Part shown: positions 7,506 through 16,560 of the stretch, piece by piece
Position numbering within the stretch: position 1 is the first letter of the stretch
Layout: each line of letters opens with the position of its first letter
Source of the DNA: a virus
Taxonomy: Duplodnaviria > Heunggongvirae > Uroviricota > Caudoviricetes
Virus record (IMG/VR): IMGVR_UViG_3300045988_060429
Length of the DNA: 24,279 nucleotides
Direction: 5' to 3' (one strand)
Notes under the pieces: model-generated
The model's database searches: none
Told to the model about the DNA's origin: nothing
Seen by the model: the letters and a program-made list of their open reading frames with translations, nothing else
Translations under genes and position numbers: made by a program

Positions 7506-8498
7506 ATGACAATGGCTGTTAAAGGCTTAACTGCGCTGACGCTGGCTGACTGGGGTAAGCGCGTCGATCCAAACGGGAAAGTCGATAAGATTATCGAGCT
7601 TCTCGGTCAAACTAACCCGATCCTTCAGGATATGCCTTTTGTCGAAGGGAACCTTCCTACCGGACACCGAACCACCATTCGTTCTGGTTTACCTTCAGCT
7701 ACCTGGCGTTTGCTGAACTATGGCGTACAGCCAAGCAAATCAACCACAGTGCAGGTAACCGATTCCGTGGGCATGCTGGAAACCTATGCTGAAGTCGATA
7801 AGTCACTGGCTGATCTGAACGGTAATACCGCCGAATTCCGCCTGTCTGAAGACCGCGCATTTATTGAAGCGATGAATCAGCAGATGGCGCAGACGTTGTT
7901 TTATGGTGATTCCAGCGTTAACCCTCAGCAGTTTATGGGACTGTCCTCCCGCTATTCCAGCCTGTCTGCGGGTAATGCTCAGAACATCATTGATGCTGGT
8001 GGCACGGGTACAGATAACACCTCAATCTGGTTAGTGGTGTGGGGCGAAAACACCGTGCATGGCATCTTCCCGAAAGGGCAGAAGGCTGGCATCCAGATGG
8101 AAGATAAAGGCCAGGTGACACTGGAAGATGCGAATGGCGGCAAGTACGAAGGCTACCGTACCCATTACAAATGGGACAACGGACTTGCTCTGCGTGACTG
8201 GCGTTATGTTGTTCGCATTGCAAACATCGATGTCAGCAATCTTTCAGAACCTTCCTCTGCCGCAAATATTGCGAAGTTGATGGTTAAAGCACTGCATCGC
8301 ATTCCAAATCGTGGCATGGGTCGCCCGGTGTTCTACATGAACCGCACTGTAGGCCAGGCTCTTGATCTGCAATCTCTGGAGAAAACATCTCTGGCGATCA
8401 GCGTAAAAGAGACAGAAGGCGAGTGGTGGACTTCATTCCGTGGTGTACCAATCCGTGAAACTGATGCGCTTCTGGAAACAGAAGCCCGCGTGGTGTAA
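7506..8498 (+). CDS. major capsid protein (putative)
   Basis: 330 aa, strong SD, position after the scaffold, followed by a stable stem-loop. Assigned by position and size, not by a recognised motif. Confidence 0.65.
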   Translation: MTMAVKGLTALTLADWGKRVDPNGKVDKIIELLGQTNPILQDMPFVEGNLPTGHRTTIRSGLPSATWRLLNYGVQPSKSTTVQVTDSVGMLETYAEVDKSLADLNGNTAEFRLSEDRAFIEAMNQQMAQTLFYGDSSVNPQQFMGLSSRYSSLSAGNAQNIIDAGGTGTDNTSIWLVVWGENTVHGIFPKGQKAGIQMEDKGQVTLEDANGGKYEGYRTHYKWDNGLALRDWRYVVRIANIDVSNLSEPSSAANIAKLMVKALHRIPNRGMGRPVFYMNRTVGQALDLQSLEKTSLAISVKETEGEWWTSFRGVPIRETDALLETEARVV

Positions 8499-8514
8499 CG
8501 CCTGTTATTAACCT

Positions 8515-8534
8515 GTGGGTCGTAACAGACCCAC
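8515..8534 (+). other. stem-loop after the capsid gene (mRNA-stabilising or processing hairpin)
   Basis: Stem GTGGGTC / GACCCAC with loop GTAACA. There is no U-tract, so it is not a canonical terminator. Confidence 0.4.
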
Positions 8535-8549
8535 TAATGGAGAAAGAAG

Positions 8550-8987
8550 ATGATCACCGACAAACTGTTGATGTTCTCCGAAGCTCAGGCGGTTACGAAT
8601 ACCGCGGCTTCTACTGACGTAATCGATCTCGGTCCAATTGACGGAAAACGTCGTGATATCGGCGTGGGTTACCCGCTTGAGTTTTGGGCGCTGGTTAACA
8701 CAGCCGCCGCGGCAAGCGGTGATGCAACTGTAAACATCCAGTTGCAGACGAGTGAGAATAACAGCTCATGGACCACTATTTATGATAGTGGCGCACTGGC
8801 AAAGACCGCCATGACAGCAGGTAAACGAGTTGTTTCTGCAAAGGTGCCTGCCGGTGTTCAGCGATATCTGCGTGTTAACTACTCCGTCGCAACTGGCCCA
8901 CTAACGGCTGGCGAATTCACTGCTGGTATCAGTCTTGATGTTGATGCCAATACGCCGTATCCGATCCGCTCAAAAGTAACTGGTTAA
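8550..8987 (+). CDS. hypothetical virion protein (145 aa)
   Basis: GGAG-type SD. Ser/Thr/Ala-rich sequence that looks beta-rich. Located in the head module. Confidence 0.5.
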   Translation: MITDKLLMFSEAQAVTNTAASTDVIDLGPIDGKRRDIGVGYPLEFWALVNTAAAASGDATVNIQLQTSENNSSWTTIYDSGALAKTAMTAGKRVVSAKVPAGVQRYLRVNYSVATGPLTAGEFTAGISLDVDANTPYPIRSKVTG

Positions 8988-8997
8988 GGTGATATCG

Positions 8998-9333
8998 ATG
9001 TCAGGTGAGAAACCAAGATACCGCGTTCTGCGCCTCTCTCATATCCATAACACACTGTGGCCGGAGGGGGCAGAAATCGAATACGAAGGTGAGCCTGGTA
9101 GCGCACTGGAACCTGTTAACGATGCAGCCAGACAGGCAAAAGCAAAGGTAGCAGGAAAGGTGTCTATGGCAGCAACCAGCACCAAAATCATCAACGATGT
9201 GTCAGATGATGGTGAACTGGATAAGCTCCGTGAAGAGTACGAATTGCTCTTTAACGAGAAGCCACACCATAACGCCAAAGCCGAAACGCTCCGCGAGAAG
9301 ATCGCAGATAAGCGTAAAGAACTGGGCGTGTAA
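8998..9333 (+). CDS. hypothetical head-module protein (about 111 aa)
   Basis: ATG at 8998 after AAGGTG (the track's 8989 is GTG). Charged and helical. Confidence 0.5.
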   Translation: MSGEKPRYRVLRLSHIHNTLWPEGAEIEYEGEPGSALEPVNDAARQAKAKVAGKVSMAATSTKIINDVSDDGELDKLREEYELLFNEKPHHNAKAETLREKIADKRKELGV

Positions 9334-9349
9334 GCCTCGCGAATCCGAC

Positions 9350-9371
9350 AAGGGGCTTCGGCCCCTTTATT
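9350..9371 (+). terminator. hairpin with UUCG tetraloop; possible partial terminator
   Basis: Stem AAGGGGC / GCCCCTT with loop TTCG, then TATT and the next gene's AGGAG. Confidence 0.4.
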
Positions 9372-9383
9372 GCAGGAGTGTAT

Positions 9384-9707
9384 ATGGAACTCGTAAACCT
9401 CAAAACCGGCACTGACAGCTACCAGGATGAGAGCGGAGAAACCAGAACTCGCGATGAATACCCGTGGGGGCTGTGCATCACTCTTAATAACGACACATTG
9501 AATAAGCTGAAGGCGCAACCTCAGGGCGTCGGAACAGAAGTGATGATAACTGCAAAGGCTGTTATTCGAGGCCTGTCTGCCAGAGAAACTGACGATGGTG
9601 TTAATCGCAGCGCCGATCTGCAGATCACTGATATGGCGATCGCTCCTGTTTCCGGGGATGTAGAAAAATCAGCGGCTGAAACTCTGTACGGCAATGGGGG
9701 TGAGTAA
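9384..9707 (+). CDS. small virion protein (about 107 aa), possible capsid decoration protein
   Basis: ATG at 9384 after AGGAG. Size is near the roughly 12-kDa capsid staple protein I recall for epsilon15. Weak, memory-based analogy. Confidence 0.45.
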   Translation: MELVNLKTGTDSYQDESGETRTRDEYPWGLCITLNNDTLNKLKAQPQGVGTEVMITAKAVIRGLSARETDDGVNRSADLQITDMAIAPVSGDVEKSAAETLYGNGGE

Positions 9708-10312
9708 TGGCCTCTGTAGTAGAGATCTGTAATCGTGCGCTGTCCAATATTGGCAACAGCCGCAGCATTAACAGCCTGACGGAAGCCAGCAAGGAAGCGG
9801 GGGAATGTTCGCTGCACTTTGAGGCCTGCCGTGATGCTGTGCTTTCTGATTTTGACTGGAACTTTGCTACCAAACGCGTGGCGCTTGCAGATACGAGCAA
9901 TCCACCGCCTGACTGGGAATATGCGTATCAGTACCCGTCCGATTGTCTGCGCATTACTGAAATTATGCTTCCTGGTGTACGCAATCCAACAGCAGCAATG
10001 CGTGTTCAGTACGAAGTTGGTGCAGACACCAACGGAACAGGAAAATTGATCTACACAGACCAGCCGCAGGCATGGCTCAAGTATGTCTCTCGCGTTACAG
10101 ATGTGAACATGTTTGATGCCATTTTTATGGAGGCGTTGGCCTGGCGTCTTGCGGCAGCTATTAACATGGCGCTGACTGGGAATGCAGACCTCGGTACGTT
10201 TGCCCTCAATATGTACAATCGCGTGATTCTTAGTGCTGGCTCGCATAGCCAGAATGAATCACAGGAACCACAGCCACCGGTTGACGAGTTTACCATTGCG
10301 AGGTTGTCCTGA
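9707..10312 (+). CDS. tail tubular protein A-like (gp11-like adaptor)
   Basis: 201 aa. The N-terminus (VVEICNRALSNIGNSRSINSLTE...) resembles the start of T7 gp11 in pattern. Sits immediately before the large nozzle-sized protein. Confidence 0.5.
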   Translation: MASVVEICNRALSNIGNSRSINSLTEASKEAGECSLHFEACRDAVLSDFDWNFATKRVALADTSNPPPDWEYAYQYPSDCLRITEIMLPGVRNPTAAMRVQYEVGADTNGTGKLIYTDQPQAWLKYVSRVTDVNMFDAIFMEALAWRLAAAINMALTGNADLGTFALNMYNRVILSAGSHSQNESQEPQPPVDEFTIARLS

Positions 10313-12783
10313 TGGCTATCAGTTGGATCCAGCCCAGCTTTGCCGGTGGTGAGATTGGACCGTCGTTGTACGGTCGTATCGACATGGCGAAGTACCAGGT
10401 GGCATTGCGCAAGTGCGATAACTTTATCGTGCGGCAGTATGGCGGCGTTGAGAATCGACCTGGTACGCGTTTTGTCGGTGCCGCCAAATACCCAAATCGG
10501 AAATGCCGCCTGATCCCGTTCCAGTTCTCGACGGTTCAGACCTATGCTCTGGAGTTCGGGCACCAGTACATGCGCGTTATCAAAGATGGTGCGTTGGTGC
10601 TGAACAGCAGCAATGTTATTTATGAAATTGCCACGCCATATACTGAAGCCGATCTGTTCCGAATTAAATTCACGCAAAGCGCCGACGTGCTTACGCTGGT
10701 TCACCCGGCATACCCGCCGAAAGAGTTGCGCCGCTACGCGCATGACAACTGGCAACTGGTTGATGTGGTAACGAAGAACGGGCCATTTGAAGATATCAAT
10801 ATTGACGAGTCAGTGACGGTTTATGCCAGCGCCAGCACCGGGACAATTACGTTAACGGCAAGCGCCTCTATTTTTGGCGCGGAGCAGGTAGGCAAATTGT
10901 TCTATCTGGAACAGCCTGCAGTGGATTCAGTGCCGGTATGGGAAACCAGTAAGAGTACGTCGATTGGCGATATTCGCCGTGCAGACAGTAACTACTATCG
11001 CGCCGTTACAGCAGGCAAAACAGGCACTTTGCGCCCTTCGCATACAGAAGGCACATCATGGGATGGCTGGGGCGGATCCGGTGATGATGATACTGGCATT
11101 GAGTGGGAATATCTGCACAGTGGTTTTGGCATTGCCCGTATCACTGCTGCAAATGGAACTACTGCAACTGCCGAGGTGATTTCCTATATCCCTTCGCAGG
11201 TCGTTGGCGAGGATAATGCCAGCTATAAATGGGCTAAATATGCCTGGAACAGTGTTAATGGTTATCCTGGCACTGTTGTTTATTATCAACAACGTCTTTA
11301 CTTCGCCGCATCGACTGCGTTCCCTCAGACTATCTGGGCCAGCCGTACCGGGGATTATAAGGATTTTGGCAAAAGCAATCCTACGCAGGATGACGACAGA
11401 ATTATCTACACCTATGCCGGGCGTCAGGTTAATGAGATCCGTCACCTGATTGATGTTGGCTCTCTGGTGGCGCTGACTTCCGGAGGTGAGTACGTCATCA
11501 CCGGCGACCAGAACAAAGTGTTAACCCCATCATCATTTGCATTCAGCTCTCAGGGATCAAATGGCTCAAGCAACGTCCCACCAATTGCTGTGGCGAATAT
11601 TGCTCTGTTCGTCCAGGAGAAAGGCAGTGTTGTCCGTGATCTGGCCTACTCATTCGATGTTGACGGCTATCAGGGGAACGACCTGACCATCCTTGCTAAT
11701 CATCTTTTTCAGAAGCACAGCATCGTTGACTGGTGCTTCTCTATTGTCCCTTACTCCAGCGCCTTCTGCATTCGTGATGACGGTAAATTACTGGTGATGA
11801 CCTATTTGCGTGATCAACAGGTTTTTGCATGGGCACCACAGTCCAGTACCGGAAAATATGAAAGCACATGCAGTATCAGCGAAGGAAATGAAGATGCGGT
11901 GTATTTCGTCGTTAACCGAACCGTTAACGGGCAAACAGTGAGATACATCGAGCGGCTGTCCAGCCGTTTATTTATCAGCGATGAAGATGCTTTCTTTGTT
12001 GATTCTGGCCTTAGCTATGATGGAAGAAATACGTCTGACAGAACGATGACCATCACTGGTGGTTCTGGTGAATGGGATTACCGTGCGGAATATACAATCA
12101 GTGTTTCTGGTGGTGCGTACTTCACCAGTAGTGATGTCGGCGCGCAACTACAGTTCCCTTATACCGGAACTGATCCTGATACTGGCGATGAAGTGTCAAA
12201 AGAATTACGTTGCGACATTATTTCTGTAACCAGCAATACCGCTGTAGTGGTTCGTGCTAACAGGAACGTCCCGCCATCCCTCAGGAGTGTGGCCACCACG
12301 AACTGGCAGATGGCGCGCCGGACATTTGGAGGCCTGTCTCATCTTGAAGGCCAGGCCGTAAACATTCTCTCTGATGCGAACGTGGAACCACAGAAAGTGG
12401 TTTCCGGAGGTGCCGTCACGCTGGAATCTCCGGGGGCTGTAGTGCACATCGGCCTGCCAATAACTGCTGAATTCGAAACACTGGATATCAACATTAACGG
12501 ACAGGAAACGCTGCTGGACAAAAAACTGGTGATCCCGTCCGTTACTCTGGTTGTGAATGCCAGTCGCGGCATCTGGGCGACTACGCCCGGCGGTAAATGG
12601 TACGAATATCCACAGCGTGAATTCGAGTTCTACGATGATCCTGTTGATGACGCTACCGGAAAAGTAGAAGTGAAACTGGACAGTAACTGGGGCAAAAACG
12701 GACGTGTAAGAATCCGTCAGCTTGACCCGTTGCCGCTGTCTGTTCTTGCCGTTATTCCTCGCCTTACTGTTGGTGGGTTCTGA
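10312..12783 (+). CDS. tail tubular protein B-like (nozzle), 823 aa
   Basis: Size and position correspond to T7 gp12. ATGA overlap with the previous gene. No motif recognised. Confidence 0.5.
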   Translation: MAISWIQPSFAGGEIGPSLYGRIDMAKYQVALRKCDNFIVRQYGGVENRPGTRFVGAAKYPNRKCRLIPFQFSTVQTYALEFGHQYMRVIKDGALVLNSSNVIYEIATPYTEADLFRIKFTQSADVLTLVHPAYPPKELRRYAHDNWQLVDVVTKNGPFEDINIDESVTVYASASTGTITLTASASIFGAEQVGKLFYLEQPAVDSVPVWETSKSTSIGDIRRADSNYYRAVTAGKTGTLRPSHTEGTSWDGWGGSGDDDTGIEWEYLHSGFGIARITAANGTTATAEVISYIPSQVVGEDNASYKWAKYAWNSVNGYPGTVVYYQQRLYFAASTAFPQTIWASRTGDYKDFGKSNPTQDDDRIIYTYAGRQVNEIRHLIDVGSLVALTSGGEYVITGDQNKVLTPSSFAFSSQGSNGSSNVPPIAVANIALFVQEKGSVVRDLAYSFDVDGYQGNDLTILANHLFQKHSIVDWCFSIVPYSSAFCIRDDGKLLVMTYLRDQQVFAWAPQSSTGKYESTCSISEGNEDAVYFVVNRTVNGQTVRYIERLSSRLFISDEDAFFVDSGLSYDGRNTSDRTMTITGGSGEWDYRAEYTISVSGGAYFTSSDVGAQLQFPYTGTDPDTGDEVSKELRCDIISVTSNTAVVVRANRNVPPSLRSVATTNWQMARRTFGGLSHLEGQAVNILSDANVEPQKVVSGGAVTLESPGAVVHIGLPITAEFETLDININGQETLLDKKLVIPSVTLVVNASRGIWATTPGGKWYEYPQREFEFYDDPVDDATGKVEVKLDSNWGKNGRVRIRQLDPLPLSVLAVIPRLTVGGF

Positions 12784-13247
12784 TGATCGATGTTCAAATT
12801 ATTCCCGCAACCGAAGAGCATCTTCAGATGATTTTGCCGGATGTTCGTCAGGCTGATATTGACGAACTGTATGCGGTATCACTGATGACTACCGAAGATG
12901 CGCTGCGTGTTGGTCTGCGTACTGCGACTATGGCCTGGTCAGGATTTGCGAACGGAGAACTGGTAACCATGTTTGGCGTATCTCCGGCGTCAATGATCGG
13001 TGGCAATGGTACGCCCTGGCTGGTCGGAACCAGCCGTATCGAAAAATATCAGAAGACATTTCTTCGCCACTGCCGCCCTGTATTGCAGCAGATGCTGGCA
13101 GTTTATCCGCGTCTGGAAAACTACGTCGACGAGCGAAACCATGTTGCCAAAGCATGGCTGCACTGGCTTGGATTCAGGCTTGAAGAAGCCGCGCCTTATG
13201 GTGCTCTTGGTCTTAATTTCCACAGATTTCACATGGAGAGAAAATAA
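12783..13247 (+). CDS. internal virion protein (gp13-like position), 154 aa
   Basis: Overlapping stop/start with the upstream gene. Assigned by position only. Confidence 0.45.
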   Translation: MIDVQIIPATEEHLQMILPDVRQADIDELYAVSLMTTEDALRVGLRTATMAWSGFANGELVTMFGVSPASMIGGNGTPWLVGTSRIEKYQKTFLRHCRPVLQQMLAVYPRLENYVDERNHVAKAWLHWLGFRLEEAAPYGALGLNFHRFHMERK

Positions 13248-13813
13248 TGTGTAACCCAGCCATCGCTTTGGTTGCCGTCACAGTGGCATCCACAGCCGCG
13301 TCAATGTACAGCCAGAGCAAGCAGGCAAAATACCAGTCAGCCATAGCTGATCGGAATGCTGAAATTGCTGAAGCTCAGGCACAGGATTCAATCAATCGTG
13401 GGAATATTGAAGCGGATCAGCGTCGTCGTGAAATGCGTCAACGCTCAGGCACTGCGGCGGCCACTATGGGGGCTACCGGTGCGGAATTAAGTAGCGGAAC
13501 AGCTCTTGACGTTTTTGCGGATAATGCTCAGTTCGGCACTCTTGATGCGTTAACGACAGTGAATAATGCTCAGCGTGAGGCATATGGGTATCAGGTTCAG
13601 GGAATGAATGCTCAGGCACAGGGGGCTGCTGCTCAGTCGGCTGCTAAATCATCGATGACCAGTACTTTGTTAACGGCACCACTAAAAGCATACGGTGCAT
13701 ATAAGTTGGGTGGCGGAAGTATCAATCCGATTAGTAAGCAAGGAAACACGCCAATGTTATCTAACTCAGGTTTTATGAATTCTGACTCCCGATTCAAAAT
13801 AGGAGGTTATTGA
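13247..13813 (+). CDS. internal core protein (gp14-like), 188 aa
   Basis: N-terminal hydrophobic helix (AIALVAVTVASTAAS) followed by an Ala/Gln-rich region, as in gp14-type ejection proteins. Confidence 0.5.
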   Translation: MCNPAIALVAVTVASTAASMYSQSKQAKYQSAIADRNAEIAEAQAQDSINRGNIEADQRRREMRQRSGTAAATMGATGAELSSGTALDVFADNAQFGTLDALTTVNNAQREAYGYQVQGMNAQAQGAAAQSAAKSSMTSTLLTAPLKAYGAYKLGGGSINPISKQGNTPMLSNSGFMNSDSRFKIGGY

Positions 13814-16560
13814 TGCCTGTTGTTCCTACTACATCCGGACGCCAGGTGCAAAGTCGTGGTGTGCAAACCGGTGGTTTTCAGACCTTCGATGTTCCTCAAG
13901 CAGGTCAGGTGCTGGCGAATGTCGCAGATCAGTATGCGGTGGCATATGGTGAAGCCAGGCAGAAAGCGAATGTTGCTATGGCCCAGGAGGCGTTACTGCA
14001 ATTTAACCAATTTGCAGATGACCAGATTAACAACCCTGAAAATGGGCTGATTTCTAAACAGGGTAAAAACGCTCTTGGTCAGAGTGACGCTGTTATGAAA
14101 AATATGCAGGAAAGGGCTCAGGCATTATTAGGCTCAATTCCTGAAAGTGAGGAAAGGAATAAATTATCCTTTCAACTCCAGCAGTCTATGCAGTCTTATT
14201 ACAATCAGGCACGTCGATATGAAGTTGGGCAGTTTCAGCAATTCCAAGATCAAACGTATTTGTCAGGAAATGCATTGGCTGTCACTCAGTCTGCGGGGCT
14301 ATATAGCGATAACCAAGCATTTGTCGATTTAGCCAAGCAGCGATTTGAATCTATTGATCAATACGCTGATGCGCATGGGCTTCCTGATGGGTGGCGTGTT
14401 CAGCAGAAAACTCAGCTCAAGGAACAAATGGGGCAGCAAGCATGGATAGGAAATATCGCTCAAAAATACAACGAGTTTCTTCAGGTTAATGGAGAGCCAG
14501 GGGATCTTGATGGTGTGAGTCGTGCAATATCACATGGTAATTCATTGGATGCTCGTGGTTTACGTAATAATAACCCTGGTAATATTGAAGCGAGCAAATC
14601 TAACCCGTGGGAAGGTCAGATCGGTAGCGATGGACGTTTTGCAACGTTTGCTACCCCTGAGCATGGAATCCGCGCGTTGGGTAAAAATATGTTGTCTTAC
14701 CAGCGTCAAGGCTATGACACCGTTAGCGAGATTGTTAATCGCTATGCTCCGGCTAGTGATGGTAATAATACTGATGCTTATATTAGGGCATTGTGTAGTG
14801 AGCTTGGTGTTGGGGAGAATGATCAGCTTGATATCTCTAACCCAAAGACACTAGCTGCTTTATGTGCTGGGATTATTAAACACGAAAATGGCAGTATGCC
14901 TTATAGCACCGAACAGCTTGAAACTGGTATCTCGGCAGCCCTTGGTCTAACTAACCTTGATTCACCTAAGCGTTATACGGGCAATGCGGCATTTGACGCT
15001 ATGAGCCCTCAAATGCAAATACAGGCATTGAGGCAGGCTAATGAGCTGAGAAATCAGTACCGCCAGCAGTATGCGGACCAGCTTAGCACCGTAGTTAAAG
15101 ATGCATATTCAGCCCTTGATGAAGGATTGAAACCTGAGAAGTTACCTTCTGAGGACGATTTTATCCGGGCCAATGGTCCGCGCATTGGCGCTATGAAGTG
15201 GAAGGATATGCAGGCGCAGATACAATATGGAGGTGTCATTGGTGCCGCTAAAGACCTCACTCCAGAAGGACGACAAGACATTCTTGAACGTTTACGTCCA
15301 CAGGATCCAAACGCTCCTGGATTTGCAGCTAACCAGCAACGCTGGGAGAAAATGCAGGCCAAATTTAAAGAGATGGATAGGGAGTGGGAGATTCAGCAGG
15401 GAAGAAACAGGTTCGTGTCTTCAATGCAAAATAACTTCCCGCTGGACCCGAACGACAAAAACAATCAGGCAGCGGTAGACCGTTATTTCGCGCAGGATAT
15501 CGCGCCTTCGTTTTCCATATCTGATCCGCAGAGCATCAATACACTGGTCACCGTCACAACTAAAAGCGGCATGATACCAACTCAGGTTAAAACAATGCTT
15601 AACAGTGGAGCAACATCAAGAGATCCTGCGATGGTTGTCCCGATGGCAAAATTCTACGGTCAGTTATTTGATAATAATCCGGCGGCAGCGGCAACACTTG
15701 ATAAAAGTACGATGGCATTTTACGGCAAGGTTTACGATTATTCCCGCGCTGGCGTGCCGGAGGATAAGGCTGTTGATATGGCTTACAGCCAGGTGTTCCA
15801 ACAGGATGACCGAATGAAACAGATGCTTTCCACTGCCATGCGAGACAAAAAATATGTCGCGGCGAGGGCAACTGCTGCACAAAATAACGCCAGCAGTCTG
15901 ACTTCCTTTGGTTCGTGGTCTCCGGATATTACCGATCCAGGAAAATCAAATGCGGCCTATCAGCGAGATTACCAGACAATTTACGATGCTAACTTTGTAC
16001 AGACAGGTGGCGATGCAGAACAGGCTGAGAAAATGACCAATGCCATGATCAGAACCACCTGGGGAGTTTCTACAGTTAATGGCAAAGCAGAGGTTATGAA
16101 GTATGCACCTGAGGCATTGTACGGAGTAAATAATGGTGCTGGTAACTGGATACAGGGGCAGTGGGAGCAGGAAAAACGCGAGCTTAAATCAAAATCCTTT
16201 GGCGGTCCTCGCAGTGATACGGACTTAATACTTGTTTCTGATGGCCTTACGGCAAGGGATAGGAGTTATGCTGTTATGGTTTTACAGCCTGACGCAAACG
16301 GAGCGATAGAACCGAGAAATTATATTGGAGAAAATGGTCTCCCTGTTCGTTTCAAGCCGGATCAGCTGACATCTCCAATGTACAGGCAAACCATTCAGTT
16401 CCAGCAACAGCGTGTTGATGAGGCTAGAGTGCGGAGAGAAGGCAATCCGCTGCCGCAGTTCAGCAATAAAGATGGATATACTCCTCCAGATCTGACCAAA
16501 CCATTCGGTTATGGTTCAGCCAATTACCTTCCGAGCAATATATACGCAGGGGGCAAATAA
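13810..16560 (+). CDS. internal virion protein with a putative peptidoglycan-hydrolase-like domain, 916 aa
   Basis: Block RGLRNNNPGNIEASKSNPWEGQIGSDGRFATFATPEHGIRALGKNM...IIKHENG lies in a visibly AT-richer segment (about 14.1-15.0 kb). I associate this NNPGN block with virion-associated wall hydrolases, with moderate certainty. Confidence 0.6.
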   Translation: MMPVVPTTSGRQVQSRGVQTGGFQTFDVPQAGQVLANVADQYAVAYGEARQKANVAMAQEALLQFNQFADDQINNPENGLISKQGKNALGQSDAVMKNMQERAQALLGSIPESEERNKLSFQLQQSMQSYYNQARRYEVGQFQQFQDQTYLSGNALAVTQSAGLYSDNQAFVDLAKQRFESIDQYADAHGLPDGWRVQQKTQLKEQMGQQAWIGNIAQKYNEFLQVNGEPGDLDGVSRAISHGNSLDARGLRNNNPGNIEASKSNPWEGQIGSDGRFATFATPEHGIRALGKNMLSYQRQGYDTVSEIVNRYAPASDGNNTDAYIRALCSELGVGENDQLDISNPKTLAALCAGIIKHENGSMPYSTEQLETGISAALGLTNLDSPKRYTGNAAFDAMSPQMQIQALRQANELRNQYRQQYADQLSTVVKDAYSALDEGLKPEKLPSEDDFIRANGPRIGAMKWKDMQAQIQYGGVIGAAKDLTPEGRQDILERLRPQDPNAPGFAANQQRWEKMQAKFKEMDREWEIQQGRNRFVSSMQNNFPLDPNDKNNQAAVDRYFAQDIAPSFSISDPQSINTLVTVTTKSGMIPTQVKTMLNSGATSRDPAMVVPMAKFYGQLFDNNPAAAATLDKSTMAFYGKVYDYSRAGVPEDKAVDMAYSQVFQQDDRMKQMLSTAMRDKKYVAARATAAQNNASSLTSFGSWSPDITDPGKSNAAYQRDYQTIYDANFVQTGGDAEQAEKMTNAMIRTTWGVSTVNGKAEVMKYAPEALYGVNNGAGNWIQGQWEQEKRELKSKSFGGPRSDTDLILVSDGLTARDRSYAVMVLQPDANGAIEPRNYIGENGLPVRFKPDQLTSPMYRQTIQFQQQRVDEARVRREGNPLPQFSNKDGYTPPDLTKPFGYGSANYLPSNIYAGGK

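Noticed and set aside
6931-7512. 193-aa minus-strand ORF across the scaffold gene
   Set aside because: Antisense to the scaffold gene, with no SD of its own.
9521-10755. 241-aa and 234-aa minus-strand ORFs across the gp11/gp12-like genes
   Set aside because: Antisense to the overlapping, translationally coupled late operon; Cys/Arg-rich products without SDs.
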